Assembly: GCA_963703955.1 (NCBI GenBank)
Contig: CAVPGK010000021.1
Location: 32,001-96,000 of the forward strand
From: Nitrospirota bacterium
GTDB taxonomy: Bacteria > Nitrospirota > Nitrospiria > Nitrospirales > Nitrospiraceae
DNA: 64,000 nt
Direction of reading: 5' to 3'
Part shown: in pieces, positions 19,012 to 28,504 of the stretch
How the letters are laid out: the number at the start of each line of letters is the position of its first letter
How positions within the stretch are numbered: position 1 is the first letter of the stretch
Notes under the pieces: model-generated
Databases searched by the model: none
What the model was told of the DNA's origin: nothing
The model's input: only the letters and a program-made list of their open reading frames with translations
Made by a program: the position numbers and the translations under genes

Positions 19012-20022
19012 ATGCGAAAAGTCGTCACAGCCACCTCTGCAACGCAAGCCAGGAGGCTGCCTCCTCTTTTCTTCTTGGGCAGCCTCATGATCGTATTCGG
19101 CCTCGGTGTGTATTTCTTCGGCATCGTCTTCTCGATGTTCCGCCTGATCTTCCAGTTGGGAGAACCGTTCTATACGTGGAACACGATGATTCTGTGGTAT
19201 AGCGGTCTTCCTACCACACTGGGCGTTTGTCTCGCAGGTCTTGATCTGGCCCTGCTGTTTCCCGCAAAGCGCAGAGAGTCGCGGCGAAGGATTCTCGCTC
19301 CCGTTCTGGACAGACACGTGGTCGTGGCGCTGACAGCCTACAATGACGAAAAGAGCATAGGGCTTGCGGTGGCGGATTTCGTGAGCCACCCACTAGTAAA
19401 GCGCGTCATCGTTGTCGACAACAACAGCCGTGATCGGACTTCCGAAGCTGCCATGGAAGCGGGAGCCCGTGTCGTTGTGGAAAAAGAACCGGGATATGGA
19501 CGATGCGTCTATAGATGCTTCAAGGAAGCCCTGAGCGAAGACGGCGAATTGATCGTTCTCTGCGAGGGCGATATGACCTTCCGCGCCGGCGACATTGACA
19601 AACTGCTGGCCTATGTCGACCATGCCGATGTCGTGAATGGCACGCGTATCGTCGAGCAACTGCGGGATTACTCCACGCAGTTATCGACGTTCATGTATTA
19701 CGGCAACTTCTTTGTGGGAAAGTTGCTGGAACTGAAGCATCTGGGACGCGGCACATTCACGGACATCGGAACAACCTATAAGCTGCTCCGGAGAGACAGT
19801 CTTGTGCGTCTGATGCCGCAACTGAATCCGGCGGTCAATATGGAGTTCAATGCGCACTTTCTCGACACGGCTCTTGGAAGCGGCGAAAGGCTCGTCGAGT
19901 GTCCGATTACGTTTCACCCCAGAGTGGGTGTAAGCAAGGGCGGCAATGTGAATAATGGGCGTGCACTGAAAGTCGGACTCCGGATGATCCTGGGCTTGTG
20001 CTTTGGATGGCCTACCCCATGA
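19012..20022 (+). CDS. Family 2 glycosyltransferase (polyprenol-phosphate glycosyltransferase-like) with two N-terminal TMs
   Basis: TAYNDEKSI, VVDNNSRDRT, GYGR, EGD (DxD variant), VNGTR and RVGVSK. Confidence 0.88.
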   Translation: MRKVVTATSATQARRLPPLFFLGSLMIVFGLGVYFFGIVFSMFRLIFQLGEPFYTWNTMILWYSGLPTTLGVCLAGLDLALLFPAKRRESRRRILAPVLDRHVVVALTAYNDEKSIGLAVADFVSHPLVKRVIVVDNNSRDRTSEAAMEAGARVVVEKEPGYGRCVYRCFKEALSEDGELIVLCEGDMTFRAGDIDKLLAYVDHADVVNGTRIVEQLRDYSTQLSTFMYYGNFFVGKLLELKHLGRGTFTDIGTTYKLLRRDSLVRLMPQLNPAVNMEFNAHFLDTALGSGERLVECPITFHPRVGVSKGGNVNNGRALKVGLRMILGLCFGWPTP

Positions 20023-20657
20023 CGCGAGAAATGTACTTTAAGACGCGGTTCGTGCAGGACGCACAACGCGATGTCCTCTGGCAGACTCTTTGTCGCTACT
20101 ACTTCAGCCATCGGATTAACCCTGACGATTGCGTGCTGGAACTTGGCGCGGGATATGCCTGCTTTATCAATGCCGTCGTCGCCAAGCGAAGAATCGCTGT
20201 CGATTCATGGGATGGTTTCACCAAACATCTGGTATCCGGTGTGGAAGGCCACGTCGGTGACGTGACCGATCTCGGATTTCTAAAGCCTTCATCCGTGAAT
20301 TTCGTTTTCGCCAGTAACCTCTTCGAGCACGTCAGCCAGGAGGCCTTCGCCTTGGTGTTGCAACAACTGAAGACTGCGCTGGCGCGCGGCGGAACTCTGA
20401 ATATCCTGCAGCCCAACTACTATTACGCATATCGGGAGTACTTCGACGATTACACCCACCGCACCGTATATACCCACAAGAGCATTTGTGATTTTCTGGA
20501 AGCATATGGCTACAAGGTAATGGAATGCCATCCGCGATTCCTGCCACTCACGGTGAAATCCCGGTTACCTGTCTCACCGATACTGATACGACTTTATCTG
20601 TCCCTTCCCTGGAAGCCGATGGGGAAGCAGATGTTCATTCGCGCAAGGGTGAAGTGA
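20019..20657 (+). CDS. Class I SAM-dependent methyltransferase
   Basis: VLELGAGYA, SNLFEH and YFDDYTH. ATGA overlap with the GT2. Confidence 0.88.
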   Translation: MTREMYFKTRFVQDAQRDVLWQTLCRYYFSHRINPDDCVLELGAGYACFINAVVAKRRIAVDSWDGFTKHLVSGVEGHVGDVTDLGFLKPSSVNFVFASNLFEHVSQEAFALVLQQLKTALARGGTLNILQPNYYYAYREYFDDYTHRTVYTHKSICDFLEAYGYKVMECHPRFLPLTVKSRLPVSPILIRLYLSLPWKPMGKQMFIRARVK

Positions 20658-20959
20658 AGAACGCCGGGCTCACGCGTAGTGAGACCCGGGATAGAGCAGT
20701 TCATCCTAGCGTTTGGAGATCGTGTTTACCGCCTGGCATACAAGCACCTGCGGCCAGAGGAGTACAGCCTGCTGGTCAGGCTGCCCCACTACAGCCGTAG
20801 GATCAGCCAGGAAGCGCATAGGACCGTCCTTCGCACCGATCCCCGAGAGGCGGTCATTTTCAAAAGTTGTGCGGGAGGGATAAACGCCACTGAGACGGTG
20901 GTGGCTGGGGGAGCGCTGCCCCCGGCCTCCCACCATCCCTTGAATGCCGGCGCCCCGCG

Positions 20960-21016
20960 CAGGTTGCGGCTGGGTTGCGGAGTTGCGGACAGGTGGCTAA
21001 GGTATGACGCAACCTG
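20960..21016. promoter_or_regulatory. Putative integrase arm-type sites (right end)
   Basis: caggttgcggctgggttgcggagttgcgg plus an inverted copy acgcaacctg. Confidence 0.6.
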
Positions 21017-21072
21017 CCCACTGCCTGACACACAAGATGTTGTGGAACCAAGCACTTAGGGTGGACTACTAT

Positions 21073-21116
21073 CAGTTTTGCAGACTGCTCCCTTAGCCAC
21101 TTGGGTACGGCGCCTT
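21073..21116 (-). repeat. att site: orphan 5' half of tRNA-Cys
   Basis: Identical to 13806-13849. Covers tRNA positions 1-42 only. Confidence 0.95.
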
Positions 21117-21122
21117 GACGGC

Positions 21123-21152
21123 ATTATAGCGAGCCGTCCCGCTACAACTCAA
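21123..21152 (-). promoter_or_regulatory. Sigma70 promoter, probably the native tRNA-Cys promoter
   Basis: Minus strand TTGAGT-N18-TATAAT, ending 8 nt before the tRNA 5' half. Confidence 0.8.
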
Positions 21153-21220
21153 GGCGAGTACCTGCCCACCTCTCCTGCAGAGGCAATGGTATTGAGGTTG
21201 AAATCAGAAGGTTGAAAAGT

Positions 21221-22420
21221 CTACCGCTTGTTGGGAAGGACGGGGATTTCTCGAGTCGAGGACGACTGTGTGCTTGTCAATGACACCGGCTGTTCGGGGT
21301 ACCTTTTTCCACCATGAAGTGATGGGGCCGATTCGATCTGGTCAGAATCCTCCGCTTCTTTCTCTTTCGCCAAAATTTCGACTTCCTGAATCAGTGTCTC
21401 CATCAACTCTTCGGAGGGCACCTTGCGCAAAAGCTTGCCCTTCTTGAAAAGAATCCCGACACCTTCGCCGCCCGCGATGCCGATATCCGCTTCCTTCCCC
21501 TCGCCGATGCCGTTGACCACGCAGCCTAACACCGAGACGTTCAACGGGGCTCTGATGTGGCCGAGGCGCTTCTCCAACTCGTTCGCCAGGCGGACCACAT
21601 CGATCTCCACTCGGCCGCAGGTGGGGCAGGCGATCACGTTGATCCCGCGGTGGCGCAGTTCCAGCGACTTCAGAATTTCAAATCCGACCTTGACCTCTTC
21701 CACGGGGTCGGCCGCCAACGAGACACGGAGCGTATCACCGATGCCTTGCGACAGCAGCCAGCCGATGCCGATGGCCGATTTCACCGAGCCGGTCAGAATC
21801 GTACCGGCTTCGGTGATCCCCAAATGGAGCGGGAAATTGGACTGCTGCGAGAACAGCCAGTAGGCATCGACCGCCATGTGCACGTCAGACGCTTTCAGCG
21901 ACACTTTCATGTTGGTAAAGCCCACGTCCTCAAGCGCGTGCACGGCGTTCAGCGCAGATTCCGCCAGGGCTTCAGCCGTCGGATAGCCATATTTGTCGAG
22001 CAGGTGTCTCTCTAACGACCCGCCGTTTACGCCGATGCGTAAAGGAATCCCCCGGTCATTGACCGCCCTGATGACCTCGGCGGTCTTCCACCACGCACCG
22101 ATATTGCCCGGATTGATGCGCACGCAATCAACCACTTCGGCCGCCTTCAACGCCAGCCTATGGTCGAAATGAATATCGGAGATCAGCGGCACGGTCATCT
22201 GCGCCTTGATTTTGGGCAGCGCGTTGGCAGCCTCCATGTCCGGCACCGCCACGCGGATGACCTCGCAGCCAGCCTCCTCTAAACGGCGAATCTGCTCGAC
22301 CGTCGCCTTGATGTCGCGAGTGTCGGTAGTCGTCATGGATTGGACGGAGACTGGCGCGTCCCCTCCGATCTTGACCTTGCCGACCTTGATCTGTCTGGTT
22401 TTTCGCCGCGTGATGTACAT
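21221..22420 (-). CDS. ispG: (E)-4-hydroxy-3-methylbut-2-enyl-diphosphate synthase
   Basis: [31 protein letters not shown] and GCVVNG. Confidence 0.97.
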   Translation of the reverse strand: MYITRRKTRQIKVGKVKIGGDAPVSVQSMTTTDTRDIKATVEQIRRLEEAGCEVIRVAVPDMEAANALPKIKAQMTVPLISDIHFDHRLALKAAEVVDCVRINPGNIGAWWKTAEVIRAVNDRGIPLRIGVNGGSLERHLLDKYGYPTAEALAESALNAVHALEDVGFTNMKVSLKASDVHMAVDAYWLFSQQSNFPLHLGITEAGTILTGSVKSAIGIGWLLSQGIGDTLRVSLAADPVEEVKVGFEILKSLELRHRGINVIACPTCGRVEIDVVRLANELEKRLGHIRAPLNVSVLGCVVNGIGEGKEADIGIAGGEGVGILFKKGKLLRKVPSEELMETLIQEVEILAKEKEAEDSDQIESAPSLHGGKRYPEQPVSLTSTQSSSTREIPVLPNKR

Positions 22421-22441
22421 GCTCGTAGAGCTATCTTATTC

Positions 22442-24418
22442 TTAACTGCCCTGTTCATCGCCCTCGGATTGACTTCTCGCTCCAGGAACCACGGTGAACA
22501 ACTGGTTCCGGGCAGCGGTAGTCGGACGTGCTTTTGGCTCGGAGGATATCTGGTCCAGCAACGCTTTTGCGCTTTCGTAGATGCCTTCCGCCGTCAAGCC
22601 ATATCGTTCGCGCAGCAAATCCTGCGGTCCTTGCTCGATGTACCAATCCGGGAGCCCGACGATTTTCGTCGGCAGGTGCGTGACGCCTTGGTCGGACAGC
22701 GCTTCTAACACCGCTGATCCGAATCCGCCCATGCGAGCTCCTTCTTCCACCGTCAGTAGACACCGTACACCCTTGGCCACGTCGCCGATCAGAGCGGTAT
22801 CGAGCGGCTTCACAAATCGCCCATTCACGACCGCAGCGGAGATCCCTTCCTGCTCCAATCGTTCCGCCGCCTTGACGGCGGGCCAAACCGTCACGCCGAT
22901 GGCGACAATCGCGATGTCGCTTCCCGGCCTGAGGATCTCGCCTTTTCCGACAGGCAACGCGACCGGCTCCGGGTCCATCTGGACCCCGAGGCTCGTTCCG
23001 CGGGGATACCGCACCGATGCCGGTCCCTCGCAGCGCAGACAGGTCTTGATCATGTGCTGCAGTTCATTCTCATCCTTTGGCGCCATGACGATCATGTTGG
23101 GGACATGACGCAGGTAGGCAAAATCAAACGCGCCATGATGCGTCGTCCCATCCTCGGCTACCAGCCCGCCGCGATCAATGCAGAACGTGACCGGCAAATT
23201 CTGGGTGGCGACGTCATGGACGACCTGATCATACGCTCGCTGCAGGAAGGTGGCGTACATGGCCACGACCGGCCGCATGCCTTGCGCCGCAAGGCCGCCG
23301 GCGAAGGTGACCGCATGCTGCTCCGCAATGCCCACATCGTACAGGCGGTCGGGAAATTCCTTTTCAAAAGCCGTCAGTCCGGTTCCTTCGCACATAGCTG
23401 CCGTGATCGCCACGATCCGCTTGTCTTGCCTGGCCAATTTGGCCAGCGTGTTCATGGCAATGGCGGTGTAGGTCGGACGCGGCGACTTCTTGGCCGGCTT
23501 GCCGGTTTCGCGCTCGAACGCCGGGCAGGCGTGAAACCAGACGGGGTCTTGCATCGCCGGTCCGAATCCCAGGCCTTTCCTCGTAATGATGTGCAACAGG
23601 GTCGGACCTTTGAGTTTGAGGACGTTCTGGAGAGTCGGCAGGAGATGTTGGAAGTCGTGACCGTCGATCGGACCCACATAGCGGAACCCGAGTTCTTCGA
23701 ACAGCAACCCCGGAAGAATGAGCCCCTTCGCCAACTCCTCGGCCCGCCGGGCCATCTTCTGCATGGGCTCACCAATTTGAGGAATCGAGCGTAGAAACTG
23801 TCCGGTTTCCTCCCGGATGCGCGTGTAGAACTCGCCGGTGAACGTCCGATTCAAATACGACGAGATGGCTCCCACGTTCTTGGAAATGGACATCTGGTTG
23901 TCGTTCAGGATGACGAGAAAGTCCTTGCCCAAGCCACCGGCGTGGTGCAACCCTTCGAGGGTCATTCCCGCCGTCATGGCCCCATCGCCGACGACGCACG
24001 CGACCTTATGCGATTGCCCGAGTTGCTCTCGGGCTTCGACCATGCCGATGGCCGCGGACACGCCGGTGCCTGCATGGCCGGCATTAAAGGTGTCGTACTC
24101 GCTCTCTTCGCGCTTGCAGAACCCGCTCAATCCACCATACTGCCGAAGTGTGTGAAATCGCTCGCGACGTCCAGTGAGCAGCTTGTGCGTATAGGCCTGA
24201 TTGCTGGTATCCCAGACAATCTTGTCCTTGGGGGTATCCAGCAGATAATGCAGAGCCACAGTCAACTCCACGACCCCGAGATTTGAAGCAAGATGGCCCC
24301 CAACATTGGAGACCACGGAGATGATCTGTTCACGGATCTCCTGGGAGAGGGTCGGAAATTGTGCCGGAGACAGCCGTTTCAGATCATCTGGGCTATGAAT
24401 AGTTTTCAACAACGACAT
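22442..24418 (-). CDS. dxs: 1-deoxy-D-xylulose-5-phosphate synthase
   Basis: GGHLASNLGVVEL, GDGAMT...NDN, GPIDGH, DVGIAEQH, FLQRAYDQ and DRGGLV. Confidence 0.96.
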   Translation of the reverse strand: MSLLKTIHSPDDLKRLSPAQFPTLSQEIREQIISVVSNVGGHLASNLGVVELTVALHYLLDTPKDKIVWDTSNQAYTHKLLTGRRERFHTLRQYGGLSGFCKREESEYDTFNAGHAGTGVSAAIGMVEAREQLGQSHKVACVVGDGAMTAGMTLEGLHHAGGLGKDFLVILNDNQMSISKNVGAISSYLNRTFTGEFYTRIREETGQFLRSIPQIGEPMQKMARRAEELAKGLILPGLLFEELGFRYVGPIDGHDFQHLLPTLQNVLKLKGPTLLHIITRKGLGFGPAMQDPVWFHACPAFERETGKPAKKSPRPTYTAIAMNTLAKLARQDKRIVAITAAMCEGTGLTAFEKEFPDRLYDVGIAEQHAVTFAGGLAAQGMRPVVAMYATFLQRAYDQVVHDVATQNLPVTFCIDRGGLVAEDGTTHHGAFDFAYLRHVPNMIVMAPKDENELQHMIKTCLRCEGPASVRYPRGTSLGVQMDPEPVALPVGKGEILRPGSDIAIVAIGVTVWPAVKAAERLEQEGISAAVVNGRFVKPLDTALIGDVAKGVRCLLTVEEGARMGGFGSAVLEALSDQGVTHLPTKIVGLPDWYIEQGPQDLLRERYGLTAEGIYESAKALLDQISSEPKARPTTAARNQLFTVVPGARSQSEGDEQGS

Positions 24419-24597
24419 ACAGTCTTCTCCTCGTAAGGTGGCGGCTTAGCCTTCTGAGCTTATGAATGAAGTAGCTTGCTGACAGGGGTTCTTCGCAGGT
24501 ATGGGGTAGTTGACTAAGCTTCCGGCTAGTTTCCCACAGATTGTTTGTCATGTCAAGCACTTAGGCCAAGATCTTTAGACCGGCCTAGCTAATAGGG

Positions 24598-25629
24598 TCA
24601 CCGAGGAAACCGATAGGTGACGACGGTGGACAGGGTAAAATCAGCCGCCGCTCCCGTGATCAAATCTACATTCTGAATCCCATAGACCTGCCAGAGCAGA
24701 TTGTTCCGGAGGCGATAGTTGAACCCTGCGGCGACTTCAGTGACACCCCGATCTAGGACCTTGATACCGGTTCCATAGTAAGGACTTGAATAATAATCAA
24801 ATTGTGCGGTGATGGAGAACCGCGGCGACCAGAGATACTCGAGCCCGACGAGGCTCGTTATGAACGGTTGCAGTGTCAGACCCTCCACCTTACCTGTGGG
24901 AAAAACACCATTGACGTTGCCATAAAAAACCAGGGTCGACCGAACCGCCTTTTCGATCGCCAGCCCGATTCCGAGATCGACCTCGCCGCTCCCGAACAGT
25001 TGGCTAGAGTTTCCGGTGGGCGCCTTGACTGCAACACGTAAGGACACGGCAGGGAGACGTTCGGTCTGGGACAGGAGCAGATACTTACCGTGCAGCGAAA
25101 TATCGCTCAATCCGAACTGATCCTCCCCTCCCGCAAACAGCGTCTGGCCGTTTTTACTGACGTTGTACGCGTATCCGATCCCTTGCAAGGCCTGCCGGGT
25201 TCCGGACAACCCGCTTGTGGCTCGTTCAACCGCGGTGATGAGCCCGTTCAGCGCCCCTCCGCCGTACCGATAGATAGCCGGGATCTCAAGCCCAACTTCC
25301 AGGCGGTTGGTGAGCCCATAACGAAGGAACAGCGCCGAGCGCTCCGTCTCCAGATTCATCGTCGTCCGTACAAGCGCGAAGAAGGGTGGGTTTGTCTCCT
25401 CACTGGCGATCATATTCGTCACCGCCAACTCGACCCGAACATCCAGCGTGCCTTTCTTGAGGACAGCCGCCGGAGCTCCGGGCATGTTCAAAAACAAGAG
25501 CTGCAGGGGTTGGAAATTCCTGACCGGAAGCGGGCCGAATCCCTCGGCTTCTGCCTCGGCTTGGTGAGCACCGACGAGCACAAGGAGAACGGCCACAGTC
25601 GCCGCCCAAGCGAGTTTCAGACGACTCAT
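24598..25629 (-). CDS. Outer-membrane beta-barrel protein (DUF3187-like)
   Basis: Signal peptide, GPLPVRNFQP, alternating beta strands, KAPTG and C-terminal YRF. Confidence 0.7.
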   Translation of the reverse strand: MSRLKLAWAATVAVLLVLVGAHQAEAEAEGFGPLPVRNFQPLQLLFLNMPGAPAAVLKKGTLDVRVELAVTNMIASEETNPPFFALVRTTMNLETERSALFLRYGLTNRLEVGLEIPAIYRYGGGALNGLITAVERATSGLSGTRQALQGIGYAYNVSKNGQTLFAGGEDQFGLSDISLHGKYLLLSQTERLPAVSLRVAVKAPTGNSSQLFGSGEVDLGIGLAIEKAVRSTLVFYGNVNGVFPTGKVEGLTLQPFITSLVGLEYLWSPRFSITAQFDYYSSPYYGTGIKVLDRGVTEVAAGFNYRLRNNLLWQVYGIQNVDLITGAAADFTLSTVVTYRFPR

Positions 25630-25646
25630 GCTTCGCGGGTGCTCAG

Positions 25647-26846
25647 CTAGAAGGGAAAATCAAGTCCGGCAAAGACCGCGCCTCCTTCGCTGCTGTAGCC
25701 ATAATCGATCCGCCCGACCATACTCGGCCTGACCAATCCGCGAAAACCGATGCCCGGCGTGACTTCATAGTCGCGGAGCGGTCGCTTACTGAACGCGTTA
25801 AAGACTTTGCCCATATCGACGAAGGGCGCGATTTCAAAATCGGCTGCCACGTTAAAAATCTTGGTTCGCATCACGTGAATGCGTTCTTCAATGTTCAGCA
25901 CCACCAGATGGTCGTCGATAAACCGGTCCACACCATAGCCTCGAAGGTTATTCTGCCCACCGAGTGAGCTTAGTTCATAAAAGGGCACCTGACTCCCGAA
26001 TGTCAATTGCATCTCGCCGCGCACCACGAGGATCATCCGCTTCGACTCGCTCGGAAACAGCTTTTTGACCTCGAGCCCATACCGGTAGTACAACGGATTG
26101 TCCCCGTTGCTGAAATTTTGATTCAGTTCTGCGTAGGCGGTGAATCGAGTCCCGGCCGTCGGCGTCACCAAACTGTCGCGGGTATCGTAATAGAACGTGA
26201 CCCGACTGCCCAGAATCGAAGCCCCGTCCATTCCGGCCACCTGCGGAAACACCTGGGCAGAGAACGGCAGGTCGGGCACGATGCCTGGCTCGACACGCAC
26301 GTCGCGATACCGTTGACCTACCGAGACTTGCGTCACCTCATTGAGATGCAAACCGAATCTCCAACTGGCACGAATTTCTCTGGCCGTATAGTTCGTCTGA
26401 TCGCTTAACGTCGTCTGTTGGCTGATCCCGAAGAAACGTGACGTCGCATTCTTGAAGAACGAACCGCCGACATCGAATGCGTATCGGCCATGGCTGAAGG
26501 CAGGGTCCGAGTAACTGAGGACAAGCTTCCGCTCGATTTTTTCCGAATACGATCCGATGAATACGAACTGCCGCCCCCCTGGCTCGTACTTGAACAGATT
26601 GAAGGACCCTCGGGCGCCCACGAACGAATTCACGATGAACATCGGGGCGACGAGGTACTTAAGCTCTCCGTCCGGGGCCGTCTTAAGAATCGGCACGATG
26701 AATCCGGCATCATTGCCGTCATTTTTGCTGGTCGAGACGGAAGGAATCGGAAAGTACGACGTATCGGCGCGAGTCGGCTTGACACTACCGAGAACACAGG
26801 CAAGTGCCACGAGAAGAGACAGGAAGACGCGCAAGCCCGCAGGCAT
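25647..26846 (-). CDS. Omp85/BamA-TamA-family beta-barrel without POTRA domains
   Basis: Signal peptide, YYDTRD, LGGQNNLRGY (the Omp85 L6 motif) and C-terminal Phe (GLDFPF). Confidence 0.8.
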   Translation of the reverse strand: MPAGLRVFLSLLVALACVLGSVKPTRADTSYFPIPSVSTSKNDGNDAGFIVPILKTAPDGELKYLVAPMFIVNSFVGARGSFNLFKYEPGGRQFVFIGSYSEKIERKLVLSYSDPAFSHGRYAFDVGGSFFKNATSRFFGISQQTTLSDQTNYTAREIRASWRFGLHLNEVTQVSVGQRYRDVRVEPGIVPDLPFSAQVFPQVAGMDGASILGSRVTFYYDTRDSLVTPTAGTRFTAYAELNQNFSNGDNPLYYRYGLEVKKLFPSESKRMILVVRGEMQLTFGSQVPFYELSSLGGQNNLRGYGVDRFIDDHLVVLNIEERIHVMRTKIFNVAADFEIAPFVDMGKVFNAFSKRPLRDYEVTPGIGFRGLVRPSMVGRIDYGYSSEGGAVFAGLDFPF

Positions 26847-27031
26847 TCGGGACACAACGCAGGATCGTTGCAGAATATTGAACCGCACCAACACCGTCGC
26901 GCTCGGTTGGTCACATCTCCTTGTCGATCGAGCGACCCTGCAGGCGATTCGAGTGCCTGTCACACCACCGCATCTGGGCAGCTATGCGGCCGAATCGGGA
27001 GCCCAGAGCAGCTAGACCAACCGTGGAACAC

Positions 27032-27691
27032 TCACCTGTCTTTGTCGTCAGCCTTCGGAGCTGAGAAGGTGTCCGACTTATGGCGCAGCTTCTCGACCAA
27101 ATCTTCATACGAGGACGAGTGGAGAATCTTGGAGAATTGCCCTCGGTAGTTGCTGACCATACTGACCCCATCCAACACAAGGTCATAGACACGCCACTCA
27201 TCTGATTTTTTCAGGAGCCGATAATCCAGAGGGATTTCGGTCTTGCCTGTCATGATCTTGGTTCGCACCTCGGCATACCCGTCCTTGAGCCGCTCGTTCA
27301 GGAACTTGACCTGTTGCCCCGAGTAATCTTGGATTCTACTGGCGTACGTGTTGGTAAGGAGTTTCTGAAACAGTCCCACGAATTCGTGCTGTTGTGTTTC
27401 ATCCAATTTCGGCCACTGCGCGCCCAGGGATCTCTTGGCCATTTCCTCATAACTGAACCGTTCCTCGAACAGCTTTTCGAGTTTCTGGCGCCGCTCCCTA
27501 GCGTGCTCCGGCTTTTTCAGTTCCTTGTCCTCTAAAACGTGAACCATTTGATCAAGCAGATTCTGCACCGATTCGGTCGCGGTCATGGTGGCCAGACTCC
27601 GCGACCCCCCTATCATGAGGCTTCCCATGACAAGACCGAGCACGATCGGCCTCGCAGCGTACCGATTCGGTCTTTGAATCAACGACCACAT
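27032..27691 (-). CDS. mlaC: MlaC/Ttg2D (HpnM-like) periplasmic lipid-binding protein
   Basis: FSYEEMAKRSLG, WRVYDLVLDGVSMVSNYRGQF. RBS GGAGGG precedes ATG 27691. Confidence 0.88.
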   Translation of the reverse strand: MWSLIQRPNRYAARPIVLGLVMGSLMIGGSRSLATMTATESVQNLLDQMVHVLEDKELKKPEHARERRQKLEKLFEERFSYEEMAKRSLGAQWPKLDETQQHEFVGLFQKLLTNTYASRIQDYSGQQVKFLNERLKDGYAEVRTKIMTGKTEIPLDYRLLKKSDEWRVYDLVLDGVSMVSNYRGQFSKILHSSSYEDLVEKLRHKSDTFSAPKADDKDR

Positions 27692-27729
27692 ATTCCCTCC
27701 ACTTTCGTTAAGCCTTCTTGCCTGTCTTG

Positions 27730-27835
27730 TCCAACTGCGCGCATCGATTACACCCGCCCACCCCAGGCGCCATCTCACCCGCCCGCCCCGAGCTGGCCAA
27801 GACCAGCTCTTTGCCCGATGGACGCGCCCCTTCCT
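27730..27835 (-). repeat. Intergenic hairpin family copy (core plus inner module B)
   Basis: Minus strand gggcgcgtccatcg-ggcaaagagctggtcttggccagctcggggcgggcgggtgaga...cgatgcgcgcag. Confidence 0.7.
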
Positions 27836-27863
27836 GAAGGGTCCCCTCTCTTCACACCTTACA

Positions 27864-27959
27864 AGCGGGTAGTTCGGCTTGCCACTACTGCGCGCGTCCA
27901 CCGAGCACATTCTTATCGTGCGCGGTGCGCGAGCACGGTGGCTAGCCGAGCTACCCGCT
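27864..27959 (+). repeat. Intergenic hairpin family copy
   Basis: 22-bp outer stem enclosing actgcgcgcgtccaccgagcacattcttatcgtgcgcggtgcgcgagcac. Confidence 0.85.
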
Positions 27960-27966
27960 CCTCCAT

Positions 27967-28410
27967 TCATTTTACGTTACCATGAATAAACTGACCAAGC
28001 AGTTGCTCCAAGTCAAGACCTGACTCCGTATCATGAATCTTATCGCCGGCTTTCAACGCCTCTCCGCCTCCGCCCGGTGACAACCCGACAAATTTTTCTC
28101 CGATGATGCCGCGCGTCTTGACCGACGCGATCGTATCGCTGTACAGCGTGACGCCGTCCTGAATCGCCATCTTGATGGAAGCCCGATCCTCCTTCAAGGT
28201 GATCGCCTTGATGCGCCCCACTTCCACTCCGGCGATTTCCACGGTGGCTCCCGGCTTCAATCCGGACGCCGAATCGAATTCCGCCTCAACTTCGTAAATG
28301 TGGCCGCCGATGAGCTCCAACTTCCCCAGCTTGATCGACAGATACCCTAGACAGACAAGGCCGATCGCGACGAAGATACCCACGATCAATTCCAGTTTGA
28401 CTTTCTCCAT
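27967..28410 (-). CDS. mlaD: MlaD/MCE-domain protein
   Basis: N-terminal TM, FDSASGLKPGATVEIAGVEVGRI and TRGIIGEKFV. Confidence 0.93.
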   Translation of the reverse strand: MEKVKLELIVGIFVAIGLVCLGYLSIKLGKLELIGGHIYEVEAEFDSASGLKPGATVEIAGVEVGRIKAITLKEDRASIKMAIQDGVTLYSDTIASVKTRGIIGEKFVGLSPGGGGEALKAGDKIHDTESGLDLEQLLGQFIHGNVK

Positions 28411-28504
28411 GCCCCCTCCGCGGACGTGAGTCGTTACACGTTAATTGTCAAAGGGATTTTCAATCTCCTGAGCCAGATCATCCATCGAGCATCCCGATTC
28501 ACGA

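Larger units (their letters stand above)
13806..21116. mobile_element. Integrative genomic island (~7.3 kb) in tRNA-Cys
   Basis: Exact 44-bp direct repeat at 13806-13849 and 21073-21116, an adjacent tyrosine integrase, and arm-type-like repeats near both ends. Confidence 0.92.

Noticed and set aside
20679..21059. 126-aa ORF at the island's right end
   Set aside because: Runs through the arm-type repeats and has no recognisable motifs. At most a remnant.
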